DNA from: Gonapodya sp. JEL0774
Lineage: Eukaryota
Assembly (NCBI GenBank): GCA_027604505.1
Contig: JADIIX010000100.1
Coordinates: 1 to 64,000 of the forward strand
Direction: 5' to 3'
DNA: 64,000 nucleotides
Under the pieces are notes generated by a model. That model made no database searches and had not been told where the DNA came from. It worked only from the letters and a program-made list of their open reading frames with translations. Both the position numbers and the translations under genes were made by a program. Positions within the stretch are counted from its first letter, which is position 1; the number at the start of each line of letters is the position of its first letter. Shown piece by piece: positions 13,501 to 27,148 of this stretch.

Positions 13501-15903
13501 GGTGTTTTTAATGAGAATTGCTCCTCTGGATCATCAGTTCCGCCTTTAATAAGTGGAATTTTACCTCATGTCGAAACCCAGATCGCCAATCACGACATTG
13601 ATGAATCCTTCAGCCACGGCGAGAGGAACAAGCTCCCACAACCCCGATAAAATTCGAAAAATGCCTCTAATTGCTTCAATGCGAACTGTTCAGAGTGCAA
13701 ATGTCAATGGATGCTGATGCGGGATCAACATAGGGACCGGGTATACTCACTTGCCGGGCAGTCATCGCGCAGGAACGACTGAGTAGAAAGGTGTTAGTTG
13801 CACGCTATGTCATTCAAGGTGTCCGGATGAACTCACTTTGAGCATCTCGTACTGTTTAATCATCAGCTCCTCTCGCTCTTCGGCATCAGCCGTGGGATCA
13901 AGTAAAGGGAATGCGTCCACCATGAGGCAGAGGGAGTTTTTACGCACTAAAGCCGTCAGCGTTCAATGCGATTCGAGATTTCTCCAACACACTTGTAAGC
14001 CTGCAGCTCCCCACCTTGCTCGTTAGCTGCGTACATCCCCCTCCACAAGATGGGCTCATACAGCCTACAAAGCATAGAATCAACGCCCTGTTGACTTTTT
14101 TGCTCGTGGAACTTGCCCAGCATTGCGCGCAGCCGGTTGAAAAAGGATATTTGCCCTCCGCCAGCGATAGTTGGCATGGGGATCTTGGGCGGTGCGTGAA
14201 CGGCATGGTGCATCAACGACTGGATGCAACATGTTTCTATCACGCGATGGGAGAGGGCAAACGGGATTGTCAAATCTGAATCAATGGTCGCATCGATGCG
14301 ACTTACCGATCCGCGACCGAATTACACCTTCTGATGCTTTCCACGCTTTAAAGTATATTTCACCGTAAGTGAGTACGAGAGACATGTCGCAAAACGGAAT
14401 CTAAGGAAACCTTTTATCAGTTTCCGATCGTGCTCGAATCAAACATACCATGGCATTCCAAACAGTGCGACGCAATTTAATTACACAATGGAAAAACTCA
14501 CCTGTGCCTTGACGAACTCATGCAGCTCTTCAACGAATGCGGACGATAGTGATGAAAGAGCAAACACCAAAAACTTCTTGCCTTCGGGGGATTTGAAGAA
14601 GGATGGCTTATGAAAACAGTGGCCGACAAGGACCTTGATGGTTTCAGCACTGGAGGAGAAGAGATGTGTCCACAAAAGAGAATACGTTGGAGAGTTGAGT
14701 ATTACGGAGGTGGTTGAAATCAAGGATCTGTAATGTTGTAAAGTTCGAGAAGATCAATTCATCGACACGAACCTCTCGTCATCCCAATCGAACACGCAGA
14801 GCGCGTCCTTCATTGCATATACTCTCTTAACATCTAGATGGATGTGGAGGCAGGAGGAAGAGTGAGTCATCGCAAAAGAGGAATTCACAACTTGATGTGA
14901 TGACTCTGAAGGGTTGCAGGCAAGCCACACGCCAGTGATCTCACACGAAAGTTCCCATCTGCTCGCAGGTCACACTTTAGCCTATTCACAGCTTGGACTA
15001 CTCACCCGCTCCCTTTCCGTCATCGCTTAAGCTTCTCATGAGCATCCACGACATTGCTTGAGGAGCGACCTCTTCTCGCCCGGCTCTATCCTGGCGCCAC
15101 CATAGTTCACAAAGTTCGCTTATCAGTTCCTGAGTTTTGACCATGGGGTGACGGGGAAGGGAGAGAAGGAGGTCTACATAGTGGTTGCCCAGGTTGAAGG
15201 TAAACGGGTGATTGTGATCGGAAGTCCATAATAATTGCATTAAGAACCGGGAGTAACTGTTTTTCACTCCATCTTAAACGTTAGGAATATCGAATCGGTC
15301 ATACATACCGTGGAGAGTGAATGCGATGGGCCAGATGTGTTCTGTGGTCGACTGGGGTGGCAATGTCTTGAGAGCTACCAGGACGACTCTTACAACGTCG
15401 TCAACTGCCAAGAGTGCCAAAATTTTGTCATCATCCGACGCTGGCGATGGCCCGTTTCTAACAGACCCCCGAGCGGGGAGTCCAGAAGGATCCACGGGTC
15501 CCTCATTATAGTATTGTCCTCCTAACTCTTGGTTCGAAGTTTCCCCCGCGATGATGTCCGAAAAAACAAGACGTATCTTGCTACGAATAAGTTCAAGGGA
15601 GTCCCTCCAAAGTTGTGCCAGTTGCTGGGGCGAATATCGGGAGAGGTCAAGTGGAGCGGCGAAGGAGTCTGAGGAAGCGTTGTCCTGGGGGCAAGCACGC
15701 CCGAAGGGGATGACAAACACGAGCAGAGAATCCGATTTCGACAAATCGGGTCCGATCGAGAACTGTTAAATCATTATTGGACGACCATGATTAGCACTCA
15801 CTTGGTTCTCATCCTCCTCTCCGATTGCTCCGATCCGTGAATCCTTCAAGCTCGATGTTCGCGCAGTTTCGATAGCGGCGAGAATCTGGTCGAATACCCG
15901 CAT
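10572..15903 (-). CDS. NCAPG2: Condensin II non-SMC subunit G2 (CAP-G2), HEAT-repeat
   Basis: FHEQKSQQGVDSMLCRLYEPILWRGMYAAN..RKNSLCLMVDAFPLLDP, LINDSAEKVRVEICNLL and FFDVVPIDDLVFRL match recalled CAP-G2 family blocks; many GT-AG introns. Confidence 0.88.
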
Positions 15904-16161
15904 CTGGCGCTAGTTCGATCGGTCGCAGTTTCGATGGTTGAGCGGTTATGTACTACTGATGTGCAGACTCCACTTTGTGCTTCACCGTCCACAAAACGGC
16001 GACTCTCTACGAAGGGGCAACATAATCAATAATCTTCAGTAAAGACGAGCAATGGTCTTGAAATTTCCTTGGTAGCAGCTTTTGAGCAATTCAGCACCGA
16101 CGGATGATCTAGCTCATTTACATAGTAATATGAAAATTCTGTTTGAACCACATCGACCAAC

Positions 16162-19053
16162 ATGACGGCCCCCGCTGCCTCTTCGTCTCCTGTGTCTTCC
16201 GGTTCCGAGGCAGAGCTCACAAAGTCTCAACGGATTCTCAACTTTAACGTGGGGATACTGGGTCATGTGGACTCCGGGAAGACCGCCCTTGGTTCGTTGA
16301 GGGACACGGACAAGAAGAAGAGCGAACTCCACTGACCTTTAGTGAAATCGCCAATCTTTCGCATGTCTGGGGATAGCCAAGGCCCTTTCCACTGTTGCGT
16401 CCACGGCGGCCTTCGACAAAAATCCTGGTGCGAGAACTGTCGGGGTTAAAACTCCTTCACCTTCCTGTAGAGCAATGATGATTGACTGCTCTTGCCATGT
16501 GTCACCATCTACACGGTATTGATGCTCTACGACCTCAATTCTCGGGCCATTGTACCAGAATCGCGCCGGCGTGGAATCACTCTCGATCTCGGCTTCTCCG
16601 CGTTCACCATGGAACCTCCCCAACACATCAAAGAAGCTGGCTACGATCGCATTCAGATTACGCTCGTTGACTGTCCGGGGCATGCCTCCCTTGTCCGCAC
16701 GGTGATTGGAGGAGCACAGATAATTGATCTCGTCTTGTTGGTAGTTGACGTTGTAAAAGGTTCGTTGCACCCCAGTGCATCAGAGCTTGCGCTAGGAGAC
16801 GTTAGTCGCACGTGGAGCTTTTGAGAGGCGTGTTAATTTTCGGGACACGGTCTGACAGTGTAGAGAGGGTGCCGGACACGGAGATGGGACTTTGCTTGTC
16901 AAACACACCTGTCTTTACACCTTCCTTTCCACTTAATTCCATTCTACGCGTGATTTTGAATATCTTACCGATTTTTTAATCATCTTCTGGTGCAACTTCC
17001 CAAGGCATCCAAACTCAAACCGCTGAATGTCTGGTTCTCTCCCACCTCCTGTCACTGCCTCTCGTCTGCGCGCTCAACAAGATTGACCTACTACCTGCCG
17101 AGGGGAGAGAAGAAGCCTTAGATAAGGTGTCAGCCAAGATTCGGAAAGGGTTGGGACAGGCGGGATTCGGAGCTGCGGAGATGGTCGGAGTGGTGGGTCT
17201 CGTGTGAATAAGGGGATCGCGCCCCATGAAGCTGCTTGGAGAGCGATGGTTTTTGTGTTTTGGTGGTTTGAGGCTGGGAACGATTCCAAGATTGAGTTGG
17301 GTGGATGGAAGCAACAAACCGGTGCATCACTTTCGGTTCACCTCGCGCATATAACTACTATTGCACCCGCATGATCTCCACAGTCAGCGAATCCCTCCAC
17401 TTCTCAACCCGGATCAGATCCCTTGGCCTCTCCCACCCAACATCAACCTCTCGGCATCCCCTCCCTCCTGTCCGTTCTCTCACGCCTCCTGAAACTCCCT
17501 TCCCGATCGCCACACGGTGATTTTATTTTTGAAGTTGATCATTGCTTTGGGATAAAGGGAGTTGGGACTGTCATGTGAGTGTTGGGGGTTGAGGGGAGGC
17601 AGCATGAGATATCCACAGCGTGAACGAGAACTGTCCTTAACACTACATCTTTTGTCTAGGACAGGCACGGTGCTGAGTGGAAGTGTTAAAGCCGGGGACG
17701 TAAGTACTATTGCAGCATTCAAATTCCTTGTACAAGTGATCGACATATATGTGGCTTGGACGGCTACCAAAGACTGTCGAAATACCCTCTGTGGGCTTAT
17801 CGCGCAAAGTGAAATCCATGCAAATGTTCCACAAGCCCGTGGAAAAGGCGTTGCAAGTGCGTAACGCACTCCTCTGTTTCAACCGAGTTCTCTCACACCC
17901 TTTTACTGCTTGGCAAACATCACTTTTACTGCTAGGGCGATCGTCTTGGCCTTTGCGTCACACAATTTGATCCAGCCCTGCTCGAACGTGGTCTGGCGTG
18001 CTCACCCGGCGCTGTACCCACACTTCAAGCGTGTATCATTAGTGCTTCGAAAGTAAAATTTTTCAAGTACCCGGTGGAGTCAAAGGCCAAGTACCATGTC
18101 AGTATAGGACATGAGACAGTGGTAGGGGTTGTGAGAATATTTGGAAGAGCTGCCAAGACGGATGCATCAAGAGCTGCAGACTTGCGACCTGAGTTATCAA
18201 CAACAACCAGGGGAGCTTTATCCTCGACGAACTCGTCCTCCTCTCGTGCACCTCTCGCATCTGGCATCTCAGACTCTTCGTCCACGTTTGATCGAACTCT
18301 CGAATACGAGCACCATGATTCGCTGTCGGCGGAGGAAAACCCGCAGGCTTCTGAGCAGTATATGCTGATTGAGTTTGAGAAGCCAGTAGCTGCGCCGAGA
18401 CGAGCGCTCGTTATTGGAAGTAGACTTGACATGGATATCAGTGAGTACAGGGGACGGGGTGATGCTGAAGGCTGTAGTGCAGTGCTGTCTCCATCCGCCT
18501 GTATCTTCTCCGATGCAGATACCCCGTCATGCCGCCTTGCCTTTTCGGGACATATTATCGACGCTATCACCACTACTGATTACCGTATCACGTACCTCCC
18601 CGCCTTGCGCATTTTCAAGCGCAAGCGGCGAGAAGGCATCATTGACCGAGTAGTGGACGACCGTCACATAATTGGACGGGGTTTGCTGAAGAAGGAGACG
18701 CCAATTGAGCCCTACTTGGGTTTGAGAGTTTCCTTGTCAACAGGTTCGTGGTCACGGACGTGTACAAAGGGTTCTCGGTGTTGCTCACTGGCCGTTACTG
18801 TGAAGGAGCAATCGGCTACATCGAATCTAGCTTCGGCCAAACGGGTAAATTCAAATGCACCTTCCCCATGGGAATTGATCAGACTGTGATGGACCTCTTT
18901 GCGGGTTCCAGTTCAAAGAAAGGTAAGAAGGCGAGGGGAGATTCCTCCAGCGATGCCGGTCAGTCTGGTTCAGATTTAAGAAAGGAGGATGTGAGGATAG
19001 TATTGGATTTCAAAACTTATATGTTCTCCCCTCAAAAGAGGATGATCCAATGA
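16162..19053 (+). CDS. EEFSEC: Selenocysteine-specific translation elongation factor (eukaryotic SelB/eEFSec), about 9-10 exons
   Basis: Spliced protein reads NFNVGILGHVDSGKTALAKALSTVASTAAFDKNPESRRRGITLDLGFS, ITLVDCPGHASLVRTVIGGAQIID, GIQTQTAECL, VDHCFGIKGVGTVMTGT, KVKSMQMFH, QGDRLGLCVTQFDP, CRLAFSG, GYIESSFGQTGKFK and the C-terminal LDFKTYMF...RMIQ. Confidence 0.96.
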
Positions 19054-19148
19054 ATCACAAATGCAAACGAATCCCCTGTCCGTCATCATGCTAAGTGATT
19101 TCACGGTTCTTTTACATATTGTGTAGTCAGATTATAATTTAGGTGCCT

Positions 19149-20849
19149 TCAGAGTTCTTCCCGAAACTGAGGCTCATTCGAATGGTCATCCGCGGGCAAC
19201 GGTGCCATAATCACTTCGGCCCTTCTCCCCTTGGGACGAAAACACGGCAGAAACTTGCAAAGAAGCATGGCGGCATTCCTTCCCCCTACGAAAGCACCCT
19301 CAGAGGTGGGCACCACACCTGCTAACGCCGACCCATAAAAAATACGATTGGTGATTTGGAAGGGTGGGTACACGTCCGTCGGTTGGAATGTAGGTGTGTC
19401 AATGTCGTGCCTTTCAACGTTTGCTATTCTGGTGAAGAGCTCAGAGAGAACCGCGCTTGTGAGCGGTGCCGGTGAGGTGATGCGGAAGAGAGTAGGACGA
19501 GAAACAGGATCGGGTCTCCCCATTGTGTGAAAAACGCCATCTCCCAACGTGTAGATTGGGTTCGGAAGCTCCTCTGCAGAAGATCGACCGAATATTGTGG
19601 GGTTGATCTCGCCATCGACGTAGGTGAGGTGGACTGTGACAGTTGGTCCTTCTGGAAGAAGTTCCACGTCTGCTCCAGCCAAAACAGAGTTTGCTTCTCT
19701 TGGAATGCCTGTTGCAATGATCACTGCATCAAAGATCGCCGCGGTGTCGCCGTGCGTCAATTTGACGGCGCTTCCCGCCGAAACTGGTTCTACTGATTTG
19801 ACTGGGGTGCTTAGCCGAATCTCCGAGTTCGAAAAATCGAGTAGCGACTTATAAAATCCTTGAAGTCCATTCTTGGGTTTCCTTGCAAGCTCTCCTGTCC
19901 TTGTTGTCCCGAACCAGAATGCGGCGGCGAGACCACTCATTCGCTCCGTTGAAGGAAAATACCGCTTAAGTACAGGCCAAAGCCTCGCGGTTTGATATCT
20001 AGGGATCACGCCGGATCCCTCCAGAGCGGATTCGGCATACATTGCTACCTCTTCGTCAATCATTCCGAATGCGAGCAGTTCAGCAACGTCCGTGAAACCT
20101 CGACGATTATTGGACATTCGCGAGAAGCGACTGAGCGTGTCACCTTCCAGACGCGTAACTAAGCGAGATTACGAGAAATTGTGTCTATCAATTGACGGAG
20201 AAGAACATGGAGATGGTTCCTCGAGAACCTCACTTTGAACAGGGGGAGCAATTCCGAATTTGAAGAACTCCGAGACGGCAGGAAGCCAACCTCTTATCCC
20301 AGAGATACTCTCTGTATCAAAAGCGTTTTTCTCGAAATCCCAGAATCCTGGTTGAAGGTGAATAGTTTGGAAGTCCGCTCCGGTCAGGTTTGCGGTCTGT
20401 GCTGTGCTGAAAGAATACGAGAGACAAACGAAGGTCATCGAAGACAAAAACTTCATTTAGCTACTAAGAGTGAGTGGAAACTTACGACCAGACCATTCCA
20501 AACTGTAACCGGGGAATGAAACCCCACTGAAGCTCTTGGAGGGGAAGACCACCACCGATCACCTCACTCCGCTCATATACGACGATAGTGGCGTTTGGAA
20601 GGTATCTTCGGGTATAGTACGCAGCGGACACTCCTGCTGGTCCTGATCCGACAACCTGAATGGCCCGATTCATCAAAATCCACAAGTTCTTACTCGGCAA
20701 GTCCATCATTCGAGACTCACTGCGATCCGCTGGCCAAAGACAATCGATTGCAAGATGGTACAAAGAGCACACGCGACCAACAAAGAAATCGGCCTAACGC
20801 GCATTGTGTATTTCAAGTCCATCCGTCTTAAAAGTTTGTTGAAGCTCAT
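19149..20849 (-). CDS. Prenylcysteine oxidase-like FAD-dependent oxidoreductase
   Basis: Hydrophobic signal-like N-terminus, RIAVVGSGPAGVSAAYY (GxGxxG), VYERSEVIGG, FDAVIIAT, GGRNAAMLL, and an ER-retention-like C-terminus REEL. Confidence 0.72.
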
Positions 20850-20932
20850 GCCGTCGGCTGGGGCCTACTACAATGAGGCCATGTGCATCGTACCTGGATT
20901 CCCTGGATTAATTATTCAAGGATGAACGTGAT

Positions 20933-23900
20933 CTATGTATTATTTTTCAAGGTATTTGTGTATGCGTGAATGTCTGTTCTCACGCTAGCCGTTAAGTCCT
21001 CCAAGTCCCTATCCGACTCTCCAGTTCGATGTCTGCTAACCACATCAACCGCAATCGCGTACAGTCCTTCCCACTGTCCCCACTTTATGCCCACACGATT
21101 CTCTAACTCCCATTCTTCCAGCACCCCGAGTGCCCCACGAACAGTTCTCACGACATCGTCGACCGAAGTCTCACCTGTTGATGCAAATTGTGTACTCCCA
21201 CCCAACAGCATGTCCTTGAAATTCACGAAGTCTGCGTCATCGACCTTGACTTTATGAAATGCATATCGCCATTTGCTCATCCCTTGATCCAGGACGACGC
21301 TCCAGAAATGCTGCCACCATCCAGCGTGGAGACACGTCAAAGTCCTCAGCACGTACAAGCAAAATATCCGATCTCCATAAGCTTCTCGCATGTATACCGA
21401 AAGAACCTCCGAGAACAGCGCTTCGTCATATGGAACCACTGTTGTGGGGAAAATATGGGAAATGAAGACCCCCAACAACGCCGACACAGCAGGATCCCTG
21501 AACGCTGATTCTGTCGAATCTTCCGTTCCGTCCTTTGTCGTGACCAGCATCGGAATCTGTATCAGAAAAGCTCTCAGAAGTCCCACTACTATCGCACCAC
21601 CCTTCCCACCATCGACCCAAGGGGCTAGCATGTCTTCGAACACATCAAAACATGACAGTTCCTGCAAAACCAGCGCAGTGGCGAGAACCGCAACAACACG
21701 TTCCAATTCTGTGGTAGTTCCAGGTCGGCCCATATATGACAAGGGCCGGATCGGCCAGTCCCACCTCATTGGCAACCAAGACGACCAACAACGAGACTCT
21801 GTTTCTAGTGCGACCTCCCATCCGGAAACGAAGCCCTCCGATCCCCAATAAACGTCCTCCACAATCTCTTCACTCATCGTGAACCCCTCCAGCATCGGTA
21901 GCTTCCTGATCATATCCTTCACTACACTGCGAACCATGCATTTCCCCGCCATCCGAGCAAACGCCTCCTCCCCTGGCACAGAGAGCCACACGACCGCATA
22001 TCCCACGGCACTGCTCGATGCTGAGTCGCCGTCACTTGAAAGGCGAGGATGCGCGAGCCACTTCGCAAGGAAAGTTCGCCCAGACCGAGATCGGAGGATA
22101 TCCCAAATGGTCACTAGTTCCATGTCGAGGCCCCTCCGTGCAATAATCTGCCGTTTTGTCTCCTCCTTCACCATGTCCGCCAGAAACGCACGAGGGAGCG
22201 CCTTGAAAGCGAGTGTCTCTGCCAATTCGAGCAACGACGACCAGAATCCCCACACAGGTGTTGGACTCTCGTACTCGCAATTTGTGGGATTCAAGGCTGA
22301 CCAGCCATCGCGCTCAGTCACGCCGGAGCACCACTTGTCTAGCACGTTCCTGACGCGATCTTTTACCGTCTTGACCGTCTCCACTGAGGCATCAAAGTAA
22401 CTTGCCAAAAATGCCATCATGGTCGTGCACAGATGGACTTTGTGGTGAAGTTTGGGCTGTCCGTCTTCTTCTGACAAACCATCCAAATTTCTCTCCAACG
22501 TCGCTGCTATCACCCCAAGAAATGGCCTCGTCTCATCGCACAGTAGCGCCACCACCCCCGGCGCGTCCTCGTTCTTGTTCTTGTCGTCTTTATCCGCACT
22601 CCACTTATCAACCTTACCACCCCAATTGAGCACCTCCCTCATCACTGCTGTCCACGCCGCCAGTGCTCGTACTCCCTGTACGCCCTCAGCAGCCAGCGAA
22701 TTTCGCAATACAACTCCCTCGGCAACTACGAAATCTCTCAACGGCTTCACAGCTACAACACCCCGTGGGGTATTGGTTGACCGGTGAATGAAAACCGCGC
22801 GAGCGACGAGTATTGCAAATAAGCGAGCATGAAGGAGGGCAATAGACGCAACGACACCGTTTTCGGCAGCAAGAGGGGTTGCCATGTACCGCACTAACGC
22901 GGTGGGCAACCCAGACTCCAATAGTGCGACCATGGCGTTGTCGGTGTGCACATCCGTACTAACACCAAGGGGTTCGGAATTTGAGCCCAAGACCATGAAC
23001 AGTACGCATCTCAAAGCATCCGCAACGGCTTTCGACTTCTCCTCTTGCTGGCAGGGCCAATTATCCCCCAATACTGAGCCCACCATCGCCTTTGCCATTC
23101 CGGCTTTGAGAGCTTCCGCCGGTGCACGCGAGGCAAGTTTAATGACGAGTGGAAGAAGGGAAGCGGGGGATACGGAGGGTACGGGTGATGCGATGTGTGA
23201 TGCGAGAACGGATAGCAGCGAAGGCTGGGATGGGGTGAGAAGGAGAGCGAGTGGGTCGGACACGAGTGTGGGAGGAGGGCGAGATTGGGAAGCCGGTAGA
23301 GGGGTGGAAGAGGCCCGCAGTGTTTGCACCAGCGCAGTACGGTAAGTTGGGTCTGCAAGCTCCACCACCCCCACCGCCCCAGACCACAGATCGCTCTCAA
23401 TGGCCTCCTCCAATTCTTTCGACACGTCCACCTGCTGCTCCTTGATCCCCTGAGGCATCAATGCGCCTGCCTCCATCACCGCAGCAACCATGTCGATCCC
23501 CACTGCGGAGACCGACGCATTTGTATCGGATGCGAGGTGAACCGATAGTGCAGGCACAGAAAGCGCCTTAAGAGCATAGTTTAAAATGGCAAGAGATGTC
23601 TCAACAGAGATATAGTCGTCCTGCGGTTTTGGTGGTGCTGTTTTTCGTTCACGCTCTGAGTTCACCACCCACCCTGCGCACCATCTAACGAGCCCCGCCA
23701 CTGCCCTGCCACCCACGGCCTTCTGAGCAGGATATCGACTCCTTGCCAGACCCACCAACTCAGTTACTGTGTAGCCCGCAGCTTCGGGATTGTCTGCGTG
23801 GTGATGAAGCGCGAGGTGAGATGGGAGAGTTAGCGAGGCAGACGGGGGGATAGGAGCACCGGAGAGGTGAAATCTGGTGCCGAGGATGGGATCTGAAGTT

Positions 23901-24913
23901 GAGTTCGTGTGGGAAGAGACTTCAGTATCCGAAATGGTCCACTGAAGCTTTTCGTTTACGGCCGGTTCGTTGGGGAAGAAGCGGCGGAGGTCATCCTGGG
24001 AGAGAGTTGGGTTTGTTGTGGGAGGTGGATTAGGTGTAGGTGGCAGAAAAGCGGTCGGGGAGATGGGCGGTGAGGGTAGGCGAGAGGGTTCCAAAGAATG
24101 TAAGGGAGAGATTGGCGGGAGACTCGAAGGTGCAAGTGGTTCCAGGGGGATGTGGCGGGGATGGTCGGGAGGAAGAGGATTTTGACCTTCGTCCATAGTT
24201 GTTAATTCTGCACTTTCCATCTCCTCTCGTCCTTTAGCAACAGTAGCACTGCCACCGTCTCCGTATTTCTTTCTTGCCCTTTGTCCCAAGAAAGTAAGCA
24301 ACGACGGATCTATTGCACCGGCTAGTTCGTCGAGTTCCCCCTTAATTTCGTCCTCAGACATATGCCGAATCTTGTCCATATTCTCCTGCTGTATAGCAGA
24401 CATATCGACATCTCCAGCGACAGAAGCTGAATCGGAAGGGTGGTTTGAAGATGGCTTCTGCATTCGGACACTGTTGACATTCGCCGGGTTCATTCCAGTC
24501 CCGCTGGTCTCCATGATTGCTGTCTTTCTCGCCTTGAATGCAAGAGTTCGCGGATCAAACTGCGATCTGTGCTTGGCAGCTGGGAAGCCGGCATCTACAT
24601 GCCCATTCTTGCTGAGAGAAAACGGTTCAAACGAATGGCCCATGAGTTGCTCTGTTGTTCGCTCCGTCACCGAGGCAGAGACGACGTGGGGAATGCCTAC
24701 AACCGACTGTCAGCTCAAGTAAGTCACGTTTAAGATGGTCCAATCAGTCCCACCCGGTACAGAAAGACGCGGCTGATCGGATGAGGAAGATCCAGCTGGG
24801 GGATTCGGAGAGGCGGCAGGAACACCGCTGAATTGAACGGAAGAACCTGGCGCATTGTTTTCAGTTCCTGTAGAAGCTCTTTCGCGCGCAAGCCTCTGCC
24901 GGAACAGACTCAT
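20933..24913 (-). CDS. RBA50: RNA polymerase II-associated protein 1 (RPAP1/Rba50)
   Basis: Long exon with IQQENMDKIRHMSEDEIKGELDEL (RPAP1_N-like) and RFHLSG...LHHHADNPEAAGYTVTELVGLARSRYPAQ (RPAP1_C-like); first exon begins MSLFRQRLARER. Confidence 0.88.
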
Positions 24914-25085
24914 AATCTCTGGTGGAACAGACACATAGAGTAACACACAGCTGCTGGGAGTACCTGCACAATCATGACCAAAGCCACCGCTCGCTTTCAT
25001 TACTATTCATCCATATTACAATAGCATATTTCCTATACCCAAGTAGTTCCAGAAGAAGTGAGGTACGGAAATCATATCCCTCCCC

Positions 25086-27148
25086 TCACAACGTGAACGA
25101 CTCCAAATCCACATCTATCCTCACCCTTTCACTTTCTTCCACTGCCTTTACGTCTCCCAGCACGTCCAAGGTCATGCTTTCAGGCCCACATACAAACAGA
25201 GCCAGTCTTGGCGATTCACCAGACAGGCGCTCGATCACCTTGTGCAGCAAATTCCGTACCCCAGGACGGTGGCGGCTCACCAGTGGTGCGAGGGGGCTTC
25301 CGTACTGTGATGGGACGGTGGGCATGTCTGATCCAGCCCGGGAGGTGTCGTATATGTGCACCTGCACTGGAGATTCGGGTACCAGCCATGGCAGGATGGG
25401 CGATAGCTGATGCGCAGAGTCTGATCTAACCGACCAAAACAGGTAAATTGGACGGCGTTTTTGAGTCAGACCCACGGAACTGTCGGATTGCAAAGCTGAC
25501 TTGACATCCGCCGAAGAAGATGCCAGAATTCCTCGAATAGCGAACAAGGCTGGTGCGATACCCGTACCTCCAACAACAAAAATATATGCATCGTGTGAAG
25601 GCAAGGTCGATGGTTTGATGAAGCTGGTGGGGGTGCCGAACGGACCTTGCATAGAAACTGCCGTGTTCGGGGTGAGGGGTGTGAAGACCCACGCTTGGAG
25701 AATACATGTTCTCAATTGCAAAAGCCGACTCACTCCTCATTGGCGTTCCCAACTTATCCGTGGCAAGAAGAGCATCTGTCCATTTCTCGAACCCGTACCC
25801 GCCGCGCACTGGACCAACCAGAAACTCGACAGACTTTTCAGTGGCGCCGCAGACACTCCAAGCATGAGACTCCCACCAAGAGATCGACGGGATTGTCACT
25901 CGCATAAACTGGCCGGGTACAACATGGACAGGTTTCGACAGCGACACCGAAAGAACAGCGAGGTGAGAATCTTCATGCGTCACAGATGTGATCACATGAT
26001 TGGTGAGATTTTGGTAGATGCGAATAAAGACGTCGATGGTGTATAGAAGGGTGCCTGATCGGTGAGATTGAAGAGGTCAATTCGTTGTGATTCCCTGTTC
26101 CAATCCGGCCGGGAATGCGAGTCCGACCCGGGTTGAGCACACAACCCTCGCAAAAGAACGAATCGCGTCTCGGAATCTCAAATCAGTGCTTACCAGGAAG
26201 AGCGTAGTATATGGAGATGGATGAATGCAAATAAGACAAGACGAGTCCAATGATGCCGAAAAAGTGGAACACGTAGAAAGTATTATACATCGAGCGTCGA
26301 ACCCAGGGGAAGGAGGTCGCACCCAGGATGAAGATTGCCCCAAGTGCGAGCCACCCAGTTACATCTAGCGTATTGAGATGGGAGTGATCACAGAGTTTGA
26401 TGAGTTAACAGCAGAACTTGCGAAGATCGAATAACACGACTCACAGATGTAATTTTTCTCACCCCACTCCCGATCATACAAATTCCTCATCCTTTGAGCA
26501 AATGACTCGGGTGCTAGTGTTACAGCGTAGCAACACACCACAGTGTGGTAGATAAACACCCAGATGGAGCTCCATCCCAGCCACCTGTGAATACGCAATG
26601 TGACGGTGTAGTCCAACCCTAAAGCAGACCCAAGCGGGGAGTGCTTTGAGACGGGAAGCATGACCAGACCGTAGATGACGGCAGAGATTCCACCCGATGA
26701 GTGCATGAATGCGTAAATGAGGAGAGTGCCCCAGGATATGGGGACTTTGGCTTTGGCGTAAGATTGCTGGTAGTAAGCGAATGCGGCGTCCTGTGTGTTT
26801 TAAATGAATGGTCGTGTCACACAAGGAAATGAAATCGCGTGTGAATGGCGGTCAGCTCGACATCGTAGAGTCAATGTCACTCACCGAGAAGAGTCCGTCA
26901 AACCCGACGAGCACCAAAAGCAGGGCAAAAACAAACCAAATCAGTTCTCCGGCTGTGACAGTGGATGTTCCAAACGGTCTCTTCACGAACAGCCGCTCGA
27001 AACCGGGAACCCTTCGGAACCCCAGAATGGCCAAAACAGTCGCTCCAATAAATGAATAAAAGATCGCGAGTGACTGGCGAACTGGTGCGTAGTACACAGG
27101 GTTATCCTCTATGCATTCATCCGCGAAACATCGTTCCGGGTGGCCCAT
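25086..27148 (-). CDS. Ferric/cupric reductase (FRE/NOX superfamily) transmembrane flavocytochrome
   Basis: TM exons with heme His (IHRWLG, YH), PGQFMRV..ESHAWSV, GPFG, VVGGTGIAP, LFWSVR, FVCGPESM and terminal ESFTL. Confidence 0.88.

Noticed and set aside
14138..14152. ATATCCTTT (minus strand) resembling a U12 5' splice site; similar GTATCCTTT at ~3038-3046
   Set aside because: Both lie inside continuous coding frames (QISFFNRL in CAP-G2; RILSLR in TrpRS).
19050..19105. SECIS-like spacing (ATGA-N11-AAA...GA) just after eEFSec
   Set aside because: The ATGA overlaps the stop codon and helix II does not pair in SECIS register. The C-terminus already matches the normal eEFSec end.
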